Assembly: GCF_001447785.1 (NCBI RefSeq)
Contig: NW_015171620.1
Coordinates: forward strand, 1-64,000
Direction: 5' to 3'
DNA from: Gekko japonicus
Taxonomy: Eukaryota
DNA length: 64,000 nt
Below the pieces are notes generated by a model. It worked only from the letters and a program-made list of their open reading frames with translations, did no database searches and was not told the DNA's origin. Every line of letters starts with the position of its first letter. Positions within the stretch are counted from its first letter, which is position 1. The position numbers and the translations under genes are program-made. Below, piece by piece: positions 50,702 to 62,727 of the stretch.

Positions 50702-51640
50702 ATGGATCCAGCCAACAGGACTGGAGTGGAGGAATTCGTTTTGCTGGGATTTGAAGTCGGGCAGCAGAAACGGCTCCTGCTTCTCACCTTCTTCGCCATT
50801 CTCTACGTGCTCACTCTGGCCGAGAACATCACCATCATCGTACTGGTGGTTCTGGACACCCACCTGGCCCGCCTTCCCATGTACATCCTGCTGAGCAACT
50901 TCTCCTGGCTGGAGATGTGCTACGTGAGCGCCACAGTCCCCCGGATGCTCTTTGACCTTACGTCCCCTCAAGGGGCCATCTCCTTCCATAACTGCTTCAT
51001 TCAGTTCTACATCTTCTTTGCTCTCGGCAGCACCGAATGCTTCTACCTTTCGGCCATGGCCTTGGATCGGTACCTGGCCATCTGCCACCCGCTGCGCTAC
51101 CCGCAAATCATGTCCCCAAACTCCTGCTACGGTCTGGTGGGTTCTTGTTGGGCCGTCGGCTTCCTGTGGTACCTCGTCCCGGCCGTTTTGATCTCCAGGC
51201 TGTCCTTCTGCAGGTCCAACGTCATCGACCACTTTCTGTGTGATGCCGGGCCCATTCTGTCCCTGGCCTGCCCTCCGCTAGGAGCCGCGCCCGTCATCAG
51301 CCAGTTTTGCCTGAACGCTCTGATCATCGGCAATATGTTCTTTGTCGTGCTCTCCTACAGCATCATGGTGAACACTCTAATGAAAGCGTCCAGCCAAGGC
51401 AGTCGGATGAAGGCCTTCTCGACCATATCGTTCCACTTACTGGTGGTGACTCTTTTCTATGGCTCAGTGGCAGGGATGTACTTGATTCCGGGTGGGGAAA
51501 ACCAGTCAGCCATAACTAAGGCCGTGACACTCTTCTACACCGCCGTGACACCCTTCCTCAACCCCATGATCTACTGCCTGAGAAACAATCAGGTGAAAGA
51601 AGCCCTGGTCAGGCTCCTGAAGAGAAAGGAGACAGTGTAA
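50702..51640 (+). CDS. Olfactory receptor, family 11-like, intact, 312 aa (OR7, most divergent)
   Basis: PMYILL, MALDRY, DHFLCD, KAFSTISFHL, LFYGS, NPMIYCLRN. Confidence 0.95.
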   Translation: MDPANRTGVEEFVLLGFEVGQQKRLLLLTFFAILYVLTLAENITIIVLVVLDTHLARLPMYILLSNFSWLEMCYVSATVPRMLFDLTSPQGAISFHNCFIQFYIFFALGSTECFYLSAMALDRYLAICHPLRYPQIMSPNSCYGLVGSCWAVGFLWYLVPAVLISRLSFCRSNVIDHFLCDAGPILSLACPPLGAAPVISQFCLNALIIGNMFFVVLSYSIMVNTLMKASSQGSRMKAFSTISFHLLVVTLFYGSVAGMYLIPGGENQSAITKAVTLFYTAVTPFLNPMIYCLRNNQVKEALVRLLKRKETV

Positions 51641-52281
51641 ACAGAGGGGGAGGACAGAAAAATTGAGGGGGGGGGGAAATCCCACCTTCTGGAAAATTAG
51701 GACCAAGTGGTATATCTATCTTTCCTCTGGGTTTTTACGGCCTGTACTACGTATGCATGTGCTGCTGAGCCACAACTGACTTACGGCGACGCCAACAAGA
51801 GGCTTTCGTGGCAAGTGGCTAAGCAGAGGTGGCTTGCCATCGCCTTCCTCTGGCGAGCCTTCCTTGGTGGTCTCCCATCCAAGTACTGATCCTGCTTCAC
51901 TTCCAGGATCTAATGAGATCAGGCTATACCGTGCTGCCTTATGACCTGTACTAGATGCCCAAAATTAAGGTTTGGAACTAAGTTGCGGAAGACCTTGTTG
52001 GTTTCTTGGCAACAACATACCAGAACAAGACAGTTTCCCACTTAGAAACAAAAGACGAGTCATGAAAATATATAGAATGTGAAAAATCAGCCAGGCAGAA
52101 ATCCTGGAACCTAATAATAGGCAACAGTAAAATAAAATGGGTGCTCTGTTCTATTCTGTGTGTCTATTTGTGTGTGTGTGTGTGATTTATATTAATTATC
52201 ACATGGCAGTGTGTGTAGTATAGCCAGAAGATCCTGAGATTGTCTGGCAGCCAGAGGTTCCAGCTCTTTTAGTATTATGTA

Positions 52282-52295
52282 CCACTAGGTGGCGA
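52282..52295 (+). promoter_or_regulatory. CTCF core motif
   Basis: CCACTAGGTGGCGA matches the CCASYAGRKGGCR consensus. Confidence 0.6.
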
Positions 52296-54277
52296 GCTAG
52301 ACTAGTTTTTAAGGCAAGAGACATTGCAGAGGTAGTTTGCCATTGCCAGCTGGGTGACCTTGGGTCAGTCACAAGTTCTCTCAGCGCTGTTCTCTCAAGG
52401 GCAGTTGTCTTAGAGCTCCCTCAGCCCCACCTACCCCACAGGCAATGTTCCCGCTAAGCTGTGGGGTCTTGTGAGCAAAAATTCTACTTTGTGAGCTGCT
52501 GGCATTAAAGTTGTGAGCGAGCGATTTGGCTGCTGCATAAATTAGCTTGCTCTGGAGCCCTCCTTCCTGAGCTAAGACAAAAAATGTGTGAGCCGGAGGC
52601 TGAAAAACTGTGAGCTAGCTCACAGTAACTCGGTTTAGAGGGAACACTGCCCACAGGGTGTCTGTTGTGGGGAGGGGAAGGGAAAGGAGATTGTAAGCCG
52701 CTCTGAGACTCCTTCAGGGAGTGAAGGGTGGGGTATAAATCCATCTTCTTCTTCCCATCCAAATACTAGTATTTAGGTCAGTTATTTAGCTTTTTTTAAT
52801 GCTCCCTCTAAGCTGTGGAGTCTTGTGAGCAAAAATCCTACTTGGTGAGCTCCTGGCATTAAAGTTGTGAGCGAGCTACTTGGCTCCTGCATCAATGAGC
52901 TTGCTCTGGAGCCCTCCTTCCTGAGCGGAGACAAAAATGTGTGAGCCGGAGACGGAAAAAAACTGTGAGCTAGCTCACACTCACTCAGCTCAGAAGGTAT
53001 ATTCCTGCACATTCTTTTAATAAATCACTTTAATTACAAATACTAGCCAGGGCCGACCCTGCTTAGCTTCCGAGATCAGGTTAGCCTGGGTGTGTGTGTG
53101 TGTTCTATGAAATGCACCCAACATGAGATGGATTGACTCAGTAAAAGGAAGCCACAACACATAGTGTGCAAGACCAGAACAAGGCTGTTAAGGTAGGATG
53201 TTTTGGAGGACATTAATTCACAAGGTTGCCATACGTCGGAAGCGACCTGACGGCACATGACAGGTGAGAGGCTGTGTGTGCGGATGTGCGTCATTCCAAC
53301 CGTCGATGCAACGAAGACAAAAGGTGCCGGCATCAGCGTCCCATGTGAGGACAGCCCCAGCCAGAGAACCAAGAGGCAGGTGGCTGGAAGGGTGCAGATG
53401 TTTGGGGTCTGGATCGTGCGGGTTCAGTGCAATGCAGGCAGCACCGCTTGGGAGCCCCTGCAAGTATTCAGGAGTGATCTAAAACCAGACCACAATCCAC
53501 AGTCACTCAATCACGCCAGGCTTACGGCGACACTCCAAGCTGAGTTACGTTCTTCTACGTCCAGTGAAGTCAGTGGTATTAAAAGGGTATAACTCTGCTT
53601 TGGAGTGCACTGCTGGCCAAGTCCCTGTCTCTTGGTCTAGCTTGCATCCTGCAAGGAGGTTTAGCACACCTTCTATTCGGAAAAAATTACCATGAAATGA
53701 CTAGTATTCATAAGCTAGCCAGACACGGAGATTGGCACTAGTCCCAAGGACTTAGAATCACAGAATCTTAGAGTTGGAAGGGATCTCCAGGGTCATCTAG
53801 TCCAGCCCCCTGCACAATGCAGGACATTCACAAATACCTCCCCACACACACACCCAGTGACCCCAGAAGAGGACAAAAAGCCTCCAGGATCCCCAGCCAA
53901 ACTGGCCTGGAGAAAAATTGCTTCCTGACCCAAAGTGACGATCAGCATTTCCCTGGGTGTGTAAGAAAGGGCCACGAGAACTAAGCACTGAGGCAGCCCT
54001 TCCTGCCTTCCCTCTCATGGTCTGAGTCCACAGAATCAGCATGGCTGTCCGATGGCCATCTAGCCTCTGTTTGAAACCCCCCCAAAGAAGGAGAGCCCAC
54101 CACCTCCCGAGGAAGCCTGATTCCACTGTGGAATTTGCTCAGGATGACTGCAAAATGGGGAGCAGACCCCGTTCTCTCCCTCCAATTTTCACACCATTAA
54201 CATAAATTTAACTACATTTACACCCAGCCTTTCTTCCACCATGAAACTCAGCAGCTTACAAAGGGGTCTCCCCTCCA

Positions 54278-54560
54278 GAGAGCCAGTTTGGTGTCGTGGT
54301 CAAGTGCGCGGACTCTATAATCTGGGAGAACCGGGTTTGATTCCCCACTCCTCCACTTGCACCTGCTGATGTGACCTTGGGTCAGCCACAAGCTCTGGCA
54401 CAGCTGTCCTTGAAAAAGAGCATTTTCTGTCAGAGCTCTCTCTCAGCCCCACCCACCTCCCAGGGTGTCTGTTGTGGGGAGGGGAAGGGAAAGGGGTTTG
54501 TAAGCCGCTCTGAGACTCCAAGTGAAGGGCGGGGTATAAATCCAATCTCCTCTTCTCTTC
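54278..54560 (+). mobile_element. Squam3-like tRNA-derived SINE (others at about 26220-26497, 27200-27470, 30380-30640, 45660-45930, 49232-49510, 52350-52750, 60283-60535, 60565-60788)
   Basis: Head gagagccagtttggtgtcgtggtcaagtg with A/B boxes, L2-like 3' end and (CTT)n tail. Confidence 0.75.
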
Positions 54561-55027
54561 TTCTCCAGGCAATGACCAGACCCCAGTCCTGCTTAGCATC
54601 AACTCTTCCTCCCCCCCTTCCCAGAAGCAGGACCGGAGGGTCCCAGCTCTCCAAATCCATCCCTTCCCCGTCCTATCGTTGTAAGCCGCTACAGCTTACG
54701 TGGCTTCAGACCCCAAATTCAGGGGGAGCCTGCCACCTCAGGGCGACACTGTCCCGGGGAATTCCACCAGACTTAAACCAGGACGAGAGGACAGCCATCT
54801 TGGCGACATTCCCATTGTTTGCATTTGAACTTTCGTGGCTCGCTTTCTTGGCTTCCCCCCGTGGGAGCCAATTAAGAAGACTCGCAGCAACACTTGCTAA
54901 AGTTGGGCAATTAGAGGGCACGCAGGCAGTCTTTGCCCTGCCAAGTCAAGAGAGGTCACAGGGAGGTGAGCCTGGCTGTTCCTTGGGGGGGTGGGCAGAA
55001 CTTGTCTCTCTTTAGTTGTCCGCTAGA

Positions 55028-55354
55028 AGGAGCTGCGGTGGCTCAAGTGGTTAAGACGCTGAACTGCTGGCTGTGGAAGGCCGGCAGTTCAGCAGTTCGA
55101 GACCCGAGTGTGCCGCATGACGGAGTGAGCTCCCGTCTCTAGTTCCAGCTCCTACCAACCTAGCAGTTCGAAAGCAAGACATTGCAAGTGGATAAATAGG
55201 GACCACTAAGGTGGAAAGGTGTTTAGTCATGCCAGCCACATGACCACGGAAATGGCTTCAGACAGCGCTGGCTCTTCGGCTTTGAAACGGAGATGAGCAC
55301 CGTAACCCTAGAGTCAGATTCGACTGGCTTTCGAGCAAGGGAACCTTTACCTTT
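55028..55354 (+). mobile_element. Sauria SINE, full length (other copies: 19831-20177 -, 22380-22720 +, 31245-31595 -, 32175-32520 +, 58061-58324 -; partials at 13535-13616, 40630-40780, 43790-43916)
   Basis: tRNA-like head gctgcggtggctcaagtggttaag, core ttaccttcccaccgaagtggtacc in most copies, (ACCTTT)n tail, TSD tagaagg. Confidence 0.85.
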
Positions 55355-56394
55355 TAGAAGGGTGATATGGGGCTGATTCTTGGCTCGAATTTAACAATAG
55401 GGCTCCTTAAAGCCGGGGGTGGGGGGGGAGCTTGAAATGGCACAAAAGGGAGGAATGTCTGCTGCAGCAGTTTCCGCCAGCTGGAGGAGTGGCGGTGGGA
55501 GAAGTTAACCTGTTGGGATTTTCTTCTATGTACAGCTGATTAGAAAGTTCTGCAGATAAAACTGGCAATCCTCAACATTAGCAAAAGGTGAAGAGGGAAC
55601 ATAAGAGAACATAAGAGAAGCCAATGTTGGATCAGGCCAATGGCCCATCCGGTCCAATACTCTGTGTCACACAGTGGCCAAAAATACCAGGTGCCACCAG
55701 GAGGTCCAGCAGTTGGGCCGGGGCACTAGAAGCCCTCCCACTCTTGCCCCCCCCCCAGGCACCAAGAATACCTGCCCCAGATCACTTGCCCCAGATCGAG
55801 AGTTCCTATAAGAACATAAGAGAAGCCAATGTTGGATCAGGCCAATGGCCCCTCCAGTCCAACACTCTGGGTCACACAGCGGCCAAAAATACCAGGGGCC
55901 ATCAGGAGGTCCACCAGTGGGGCCAGGGTGAAGGGCTTCCTTTTATCTGTTCTAGCCCGACCGCTCAGCAAATTCATGGAGTGCCCACGAGTTCTTGTAT
56001 TGTGAGAAAGGGAGAAAAGTACTTCTTTCTCAGCCTGCTCTATCCCATGCATAATCCTCTAGACCTCGATCATGTCACCCCTCAGTTGCCGTTTCTCCAA
56101 GCTAAAGAGCAGGTCTAGTGTGTGTGTGTGGGGTTACAAATTATTAGGATAATGAATGGGAATGACCCTGACTGGTTGGCCTGATCTCGTCAGATCCCAG
56201 AAGCGAAGCAGGGTGGGTTCTGGTCAGTGTTTGGATGGGGGCCCCCCAAAGGAATACCAAGGTCGTGACATGGAGGCACTCAATGGTAAACCAGCTCTGA
56301 ACCTCTCTTGTCTTGCAAACCCCCACAGGGTCACCGGAAGTTAGCTGAAGTGAGAGATAGACTCAAATTTTGAGCCTAACGACACTTTCTATGC

Positions 56395-56780
56395 AATTTT
56401 ATTTTATATTTATTTATTTTTCATATTTGTATCCCGCCCTCTCCGATGGGCTCAGGGCGGCTCACAAGGGCAAGGTACATCCATGCCATGATTAAAACCT
56501 ATAATACATAATAAAAACATCCAACATCATTAAAAACAACGGTGCTCAGTCAGTTATTAATATCGTGACTCCAAGATGGATCAACTCAGTTCCAAGTGTC
56601 CCATGATGTTATGCCCGCACGGAGACGGCTTATCAGGTCTTCTATCCAATTCCAGATTCTTCCTCAGGGCCTTGTCAGTGCATCCTTTAAGGTACCGTGA
56701 CGGTGGTGGTATAGTGGGGCGGCGGCTCAAAGGCCTGGCGGAAGAGCTCCTTCTTACAGGACCTGAGGAACTTTGTGTAC
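56395..56780 (-). mobile_element. L2-type LINE 3' fragment (others at about 61560-61780 and 4190-4240)
   Basis: FLRSCKKELFRQAF / RRACKTELFRQAF ORF2 terminus. Confidence 0.65.
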
Positions 56781-57190
56781 CAGCACCCCAACATATTTAA
56801 ATGTTGAATGGAAAATTGGCTGGAATGGTAAGGGGGATATGCTTGACCCTGTCCCAACTGCCTATTCTTCCTGCTCACAACTGCAGGCACTCATCGACTT
56901 CTTCCTCTTCCAAGAGCAGTTACAGTCCCTGTATCTTTTCCCCACACGGCAAAAAATAAAAGCTGTGGGGGGAGGGGAGGTTGAGCCAAGTAAAGACACA
57001 CACACACACCCCAGTCTCGCTCTCAGGAATGCAGCTTCTCAGCGATGTTTGTCATTAAACAAACAGCAACCCAAACAGTCAGAGAAAAATCACACACAGC
57101 ATCACGTGTCGTTCAACCCTTAAGTTCCTCACATCGCACTTAAACCTGACCTGCAGGAGTCAATGGAATTGAACTGAGATATTACAGTAG

Positions 57191-57205
57191 ACACCAGGGG
57201 GCAGC
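57191..57205 (+). promoter_or_regulatory. CTCF core motif
   Basis: ACACCAGGGGGCAGC. Confidence 0.55.
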
Positions 57206-58948
57206 AGTGCATGAAGGATGGGGAAATGGAAGGGAAGATGACATTGGGATGCGTGCCTTGATTTTCAGCACACGTATTCCTGCAAGCCACACTCCATCAC
57301 GTACCCCCTTTGCTGAAATGCCAACAGGCCACACAACGGACGGTGAGGCTTAACGGGATCCGTGCGAGTAGCTGGTGCAGAGCACGGAGTATGAAGCAAA
57401 GGCCTTCCCGGTAGAGCTCCTCTGTGTCCTTGCAGGGCTCCTTCCTAATTCCTCCAAGCTGAGACCTATGCTGGAGATGGCCAGCTTCAGGGCCTTCGGG
57501 GCCACTCCACCGTCCAAGGGCCAGGAATAGGGTTTGTCTCGAACACTGAGGCCCCTTGCCCAACAGCCGGCCTCCACAATCAATACCAGAGCCATCTGGA
57601 AGGGTTTCATAATTAAGAACGGGCCTTCACACACAGCTTTATAAATGGGAAGATGTGCCCATTGTTGTGTACTCAGACAAAGACAAACTTGTTCACATCT
57701 CGGCGTACGACTCCCTTCTTTCTTACAGCTGGAAAAGCCCCCTCCCCCCCACACACCTTTTTAAAAGAGACGATGGGCAACTTTTTAAACGTTAACCTCT
57801 GGTAGGGCCATCAGAGGCCAGCGTTCCAATAAAAACTGACTGCTCCGGTGGGGCCACTCTAGCACTTTGTTATAGGATGCCGCTGTATTTATTTACTGAG
57901 TCTTATTGTATTTATTGAAATTGTATGAATTGCATTTTATATTTTGTATCTGCTGGTTTTAAGCTGTATGCTGGTTTTAAATTGTTTGTAAGCCGCCCTG
58001 AGCCACTTCGGCGGGAGGGCGGGGTAGAAATTTAATAAAGAAAGAAACAAACCAATGCTTAAAAAGGTAAAGGTTCCCTTGCTCGAAAGCCAGTCGAATC
58101 CGACTCTAGGGTTGCGGTGCTCATCTCCGTTTCAAAGCCGAAGAGCCAGCGCTGTCCGAAGACGTTTCCGTGGTCATGTGGCCGGCATGACTAAACACCA
58201 AGGCGCACGGAACGCTGTTACCTTCCCACCAAAGTGGTACCTATTTATCTACTTGCAATTTCTTGCTTTCGAACTGCTAGGTTGGCAGGAGCTGGAACTA
58301 GAGATGGGAGCTCACTCCATCATGNNNNNNNNNNNNNNNNNNNNNNNNNNNNNNNNNNNNNNNNNNNNNNNNNNNNNNNNNNNNNNNNNNNNNNNNNNNN
58401 NNNNNNNNNNNNNNNNNNNNNNNNNNNNNNNNNNNNNNNNNNNNNNNNNNNNNNNNNNNNNNNNNNNNNNNNNNNNNNNNNNNNNNNNNNNNNNNNNNNN
58501 NNNNNNNNNNNNNNNNNNNNNNNNNNNNNNNNNNNNNNNNNNNNNNNNNNNNNNNNNNNNNNNNNNNNNNNNNNNNNNNTGACACCCCCCCCCCTTGGTT
58601 TTTTCTACAATACGGGGAGGGCGAGATAAAAGTCCAATAAAATAAATAAATAAATAAATCATAAACATTCCTCTGCAGATAAAGTTGCCTTGTCTGTGGT
58701 GCTGTTTGTATGCCCTAATTTTTGATTTGTAGCTTGAGGCACGTTCAGTGATAATGTGTGTTGGATGGGCAGTAGCAGATTAAAAGTTAAGAACCATTGC
58801 CCCGGTCTCTCTCACAGGGCTGTTACAGAGATAAAATTCAATGTCATCCCTTAAACCTACCTTGAGCTACTTCTAAATGCAGCATGGCGTCCTTCTTTGG
58901 TTCTGGAACCCTGACAAAAGACACCCCACGAAGGGCAATGAACAAATA

Positions 58949-58954
58949 TTTATT
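58949..58954 (-). terminator. TTC5: Probable TTC5 polyadenylation signal (3' UTR about 58930-59843)
   Basis: AATAAA on the - strand followed by a GU-rich tract (tatttgttcattgcccttcgtggggtgtctttt). Confidence 0.6.
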
Positions 58955-59843
58955 GCCATGGGAGAACAGTCTGAAAAAAATGTATTTTAAAAAACCTTAC
59001 AAAAGCAAACTCAAACTTTACCAAATAAATACAGGTCATCTCCTATACACACACACACATATATATATACACATTCACTCACACACACACAAAGATAATT
59101 AGACCTTGAGCAATCGGGATTTACAAAAGGCTTCGAGCCCAAGGATCTTAAGTGCCCAAACTCAACTGGAACCAGAGGGAGCAACTGGCCACCGACAGTG
59201 AAGTCAAAAAAACAAAGTCTTGAAAGTGGGAGAAGTCCGAGGGGGCCAAGGCTACCTTGGGGATCGCTGGATTCCCAACATGTCGTCCACCCTTGAAACG
59301 TGACTGCTGGTTCCCCTGATCGAAGCCCCCACCGTCCTCCCCTGGCCAGTTGGTTTTCCCTTCCAGGAAGGGGAAGCACACAGTATGGGAAAGACAGTTC
59401 GATCTTGTTGCTTTCAAAGGGTGACTTCATCCGGGATCTGCGGCAGCAGCTGATTTTTAAGGCTCAGCTGCGTCCCTGACGCTCCGACTGCAGATCCTCA
59501 TCGTCACGCCTAGCATGACTTCGAAAGAAGAACAGACAAGGAGGGGAATCCGAGGTCCACCCTCTCTTTTTTCCCCCCCGGACTGATTTAAGCCTGATTT
59601 CGTTCAAAACCATGCATCAAAGCACAGGCTGGCGTCTTCAGAAGTGGAGCGGCTGAGAGAAGCCAAGCAAAGCTATCCCCCAGTCTGAGCACGCGCTCGA
59701 ACCGTTCTTTCCCTTCTCCCCACCTCTTCCCTTCGACTCCAAAATGCCCAGACAGGAGGTACAACAACCAGCCCCATCCTCCTAGGTCACGGCTCTTCCA
59801 GGTCCGCTGAGAGCCGTCCATGAGACAGGCCAGAGGTCACTGG

Positions 59844-59963
59844 TCACTCGCTCTGTGCCTGGTAGGCCACAGTGGCGGCAGCCTGGCTCTGGGATCCCTG
59901 CACCTTCCCATTCACCACCAGCAGCAGCGGGGTCTCCACACGGATGCTCGAGAAAGTGAAACT
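59844..59963 (-). CDS. TTC5: TTC5 last coding exon
   Basis: Polypyrimidine acceptor ctttttccttttccag|, phase 0 matching the previous exon; encodes [39 protein letters not shown], similar to the human TTC5 C-terminus. Confidence 0.93.
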   Translation of the reverse strand, partial: SFTFSSIRVETPLLLVVNGKVQGSQSQAAATVAYQAQSE

Positions 59964-61351
59964 CTGGAAAAGGAAAAAGAGAGGGGGGGGAGAGACTGAA
60001 TTTTCTACCCAATCAAACTAGGACTTGCTTCCCTGTGAATCGTAACAATTACTGTATTGTGAAACAGGAATGGGACTTCTGTGTTTTTGGACAACTGAAA
60101 GGAAGTCGGAAAAGCACCACTAAAATGAAGGNNNNNNNNNNNNNNNNNNNNNNNNNNNNNNNNNNNNNNNNNNNNNNNNNNNNNNNNNNNNNNNNNNNNN
60201 NNNNNNNNNNNNNNNNNNNNNNNNNNNNNNNNNNNNNNNNNNNNNNNNNNNNNNNNNNNNNNNNNNNNNNNNNNNNNNNNNNCCGCCCTTCACTACCCAA
60301 AGGTGTCTCAGACCAGTTTACAAACTCCTTTCCCTTCCCCTCCCCACAACAGACACCCTGGTGAGGTAGGCGGGGCTGAAAGAGCTCTGACAGAAACTGC
60401 TCTTTTTTCAAGAACAGCTCTTATCAGAGCTACAGCTTGCCCAAGGTCATCCAGCCAGGTACAAGTGGAGGAGTGGGGAATCAGACATGGTTCTCCCAGA
60501 TTAGAGTCCGCGCACTTAACCACGATACCAAACTGGAGAAGNNNNNNNNNNNNNNNNNNNNNNNCGGCTCACACACTCCTTTCCCTCCCCCTCCCCACAA
60601 CAGACACCCTGTGAGGTAGGTGGGGCTGAGAGAGCTCTTTCGAGGACTGCTTGTGAGAGAACAGCTCTGAGACAGCTTGTAACTGACTCAAGGTCACACC
60701 AGCAGCTGCATGTGGAGGAGTGGGGACTCAAACCCAGTTCTCCAAGATTAGAGTCTGCGCTCCTAACTACGGTACTACACCAAACTGGCCCTCGGACTAG
60801 AGGCCTGCAAGCTATTTTGAACCCAGCTGAAGCTGCCTGATACTGACTCAGACCACTGGTCTGGTCCCTCAAGGTCAGTCTTCTCTACTCTGACTGGCAG
60901 TGGCTCTCCAGGGTCTCAGGCAGAGGTAGCTCACATCACCTACTGTGTGGTCCTTTTTCACTGGAGATGCCGGGGACCAAACCTGGAACCTTCTGAATGT
61001 CAAGAAGAGGCTCATCCACTAAGCCATTCCAGCTTGCACAGTATTTTCCCAGGAAACAGTTTTTGCTTGAGAACAACTGATCCGTGGTTGAGTCACAGCA
61101 GCGATTTATTTTTTTTTTTGGGGGGGGGGGGGGGGGAGTTTCACAGTGCTTCCCCCTGCTTTAAGAATTGGTTGTTTCCAGTACTCAAGGAATTCCAGTT
61201 CAGGCTGTCACAACAATGCGACTTCAGGGTCTGTGATTATATGAGGCCCCTTGTTCATGTTAATAATAATAATTATGGCATTGTGTGTAGAATAGCCAGG
61301 TGATCCTAAGATTGTCTGGCAGCCACAAGTTCTAGCTCTTAGTGCTATGCA

Positions 61352-61365
61352 CCACTAGGTGGCGA
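61352..61365 (+). promoter_or_regulatory. CTCF core motif (in the last TTC5 intron)
   Basis: CCACTAGGTGGCGA, in a context homologous to that at 52282. Confidence 0.6.
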
Positions 61366-62204
61366 GTGAGACTTGTTTTTAGGGGGTGAGAGCGCTCTGG
61401 GAAAACCGTGACAGACCCAAGGTCACCCAGCTTGCTTCACATGCAGGAGTGGGGAATCGAACCCGGTTCTCCAGATTAGAATCCACCACTCTTAACCACT
61501 AAACCACAGTGGCTCTCATATTTGCGTTATGTATGGGAGCATGGAAAGGCAGGGTGGGAGTGCAATGAGCTCCCGGAGGAGATCAGGGCCCTGCGGGACC
61601 TTTCACAGTTGCGCAGGGCCTGCAAGACGGAACTCTTCCGCCAGGCTTTCAAATAGGAGCTGCCACCACTGTTACTGTTACCACCAACGATCCCATGTGT
61701 ACATCAGGAATACTGGACTGCCCCACTACCAACGGTGCCATTTAATGTCTGGCCCATAGGACTGGCCTGAAGATCAGAAGATGACCAGAATGAAAACGCA
61801 CGCCATTCACTTTAGTACTACGAGCATATTCACTTTAGTACTACGCAGGGCTCTTTTTGTAGCAGGAACTCCTTTGCATATTAGGCGACACACCCCTAAT
61901 GTAGCCAACCCTCCAAGAGCTTACAGAGCTCTTCTTACAGGGGCTACTGTAAGCTCTTGGAGGATTGGCTACACTAGGGGTGTGTCACCTAATATGCAAA
62001 GGAGTTCCTGCTTCAAAAAGAGCCCTGCGAGCATATTCACTTTAGTACTACAAAATACTGCGAGCATTTTAATGTTTATTGTTGATATATTAAGTATGTT
62101 TTACGCTATTTTAATGTTTTATGGGTCATGTGAAATCGGCATATTTTGCCGTCCTTTGTAAGCCGCCCAGAGCCTGTTTACAGGGTGGGCGGGGTATAAA
62201 TACA

Positions 62205-62727
62205 TATATATAAACAGAATGGAACTACTGCAAACCGTGCATTTGCAAACTTATATTAAATGCAATTACAACATATCAGATCATATATTCATTAATATGT
62301 TTTACAGAAAACTGAAACCAATGATGTCAAAGATGGATGAACTCCCCCGGAGTTAATATTCGTTTCGAGGCGTCTTTTTTTCATACATCAAACCTCATAT
62401 AAGCGTGCCTCCACATGGTCATAAATCTTCCAAATTGGATTTTCCTTGGTTCCTATACGTTTTGGTGTTATTCACAAGATGTTCTTAACCACAATATCAA
62501 AGACGGGCTGAGGTTTGATGTATGAAAAAGACGCCTTGAAAGGAATAACAACTCCGGGGGAGTTCGTCCATCTTTGACATCATTGGTTTCAGTTTTCTGT
62601 AAAACATATTAATGAATATATGATCTGATATGTTGTAATTGCATTTAATATAAGTTTGCAAATGCACGGTTTGCAGTAGTTCCATTCTGTTTACACCTTT
62701 ACCATACTGCAACCCCCCTCTATCTTT
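62205..62727. mobile_element. Probable Penelope-like remnant with a ~186-bp inverted repeat
   Basis: Arms 62211-62397 / 62509-62693, 15-bp TSD cggggtataaataca. Confidence 0.6.

Noticed and set aside
53218-53457. Trypsin-like fragments (TCLLV / SGWG / LRCID)
   Set aside because: Needs several frameshifts, and no catalytic His or Ser motifs were found nearby
57330-57480. Resemblance to an integrin-alpha propeller segment (SIGLSL; Y..GLCF.L...QL..R.P)
   Set aside because: Motifs lie in different frames, the match is short and the exon structure does not fit; unsupported without a search
61801-62060. Short direct repeats (attcactttagtacta) suggestive of a CRISPR-like array
   Set aside because: Vertebrate DNA; only three irregular copies around a MITE, with no spacer periodicity
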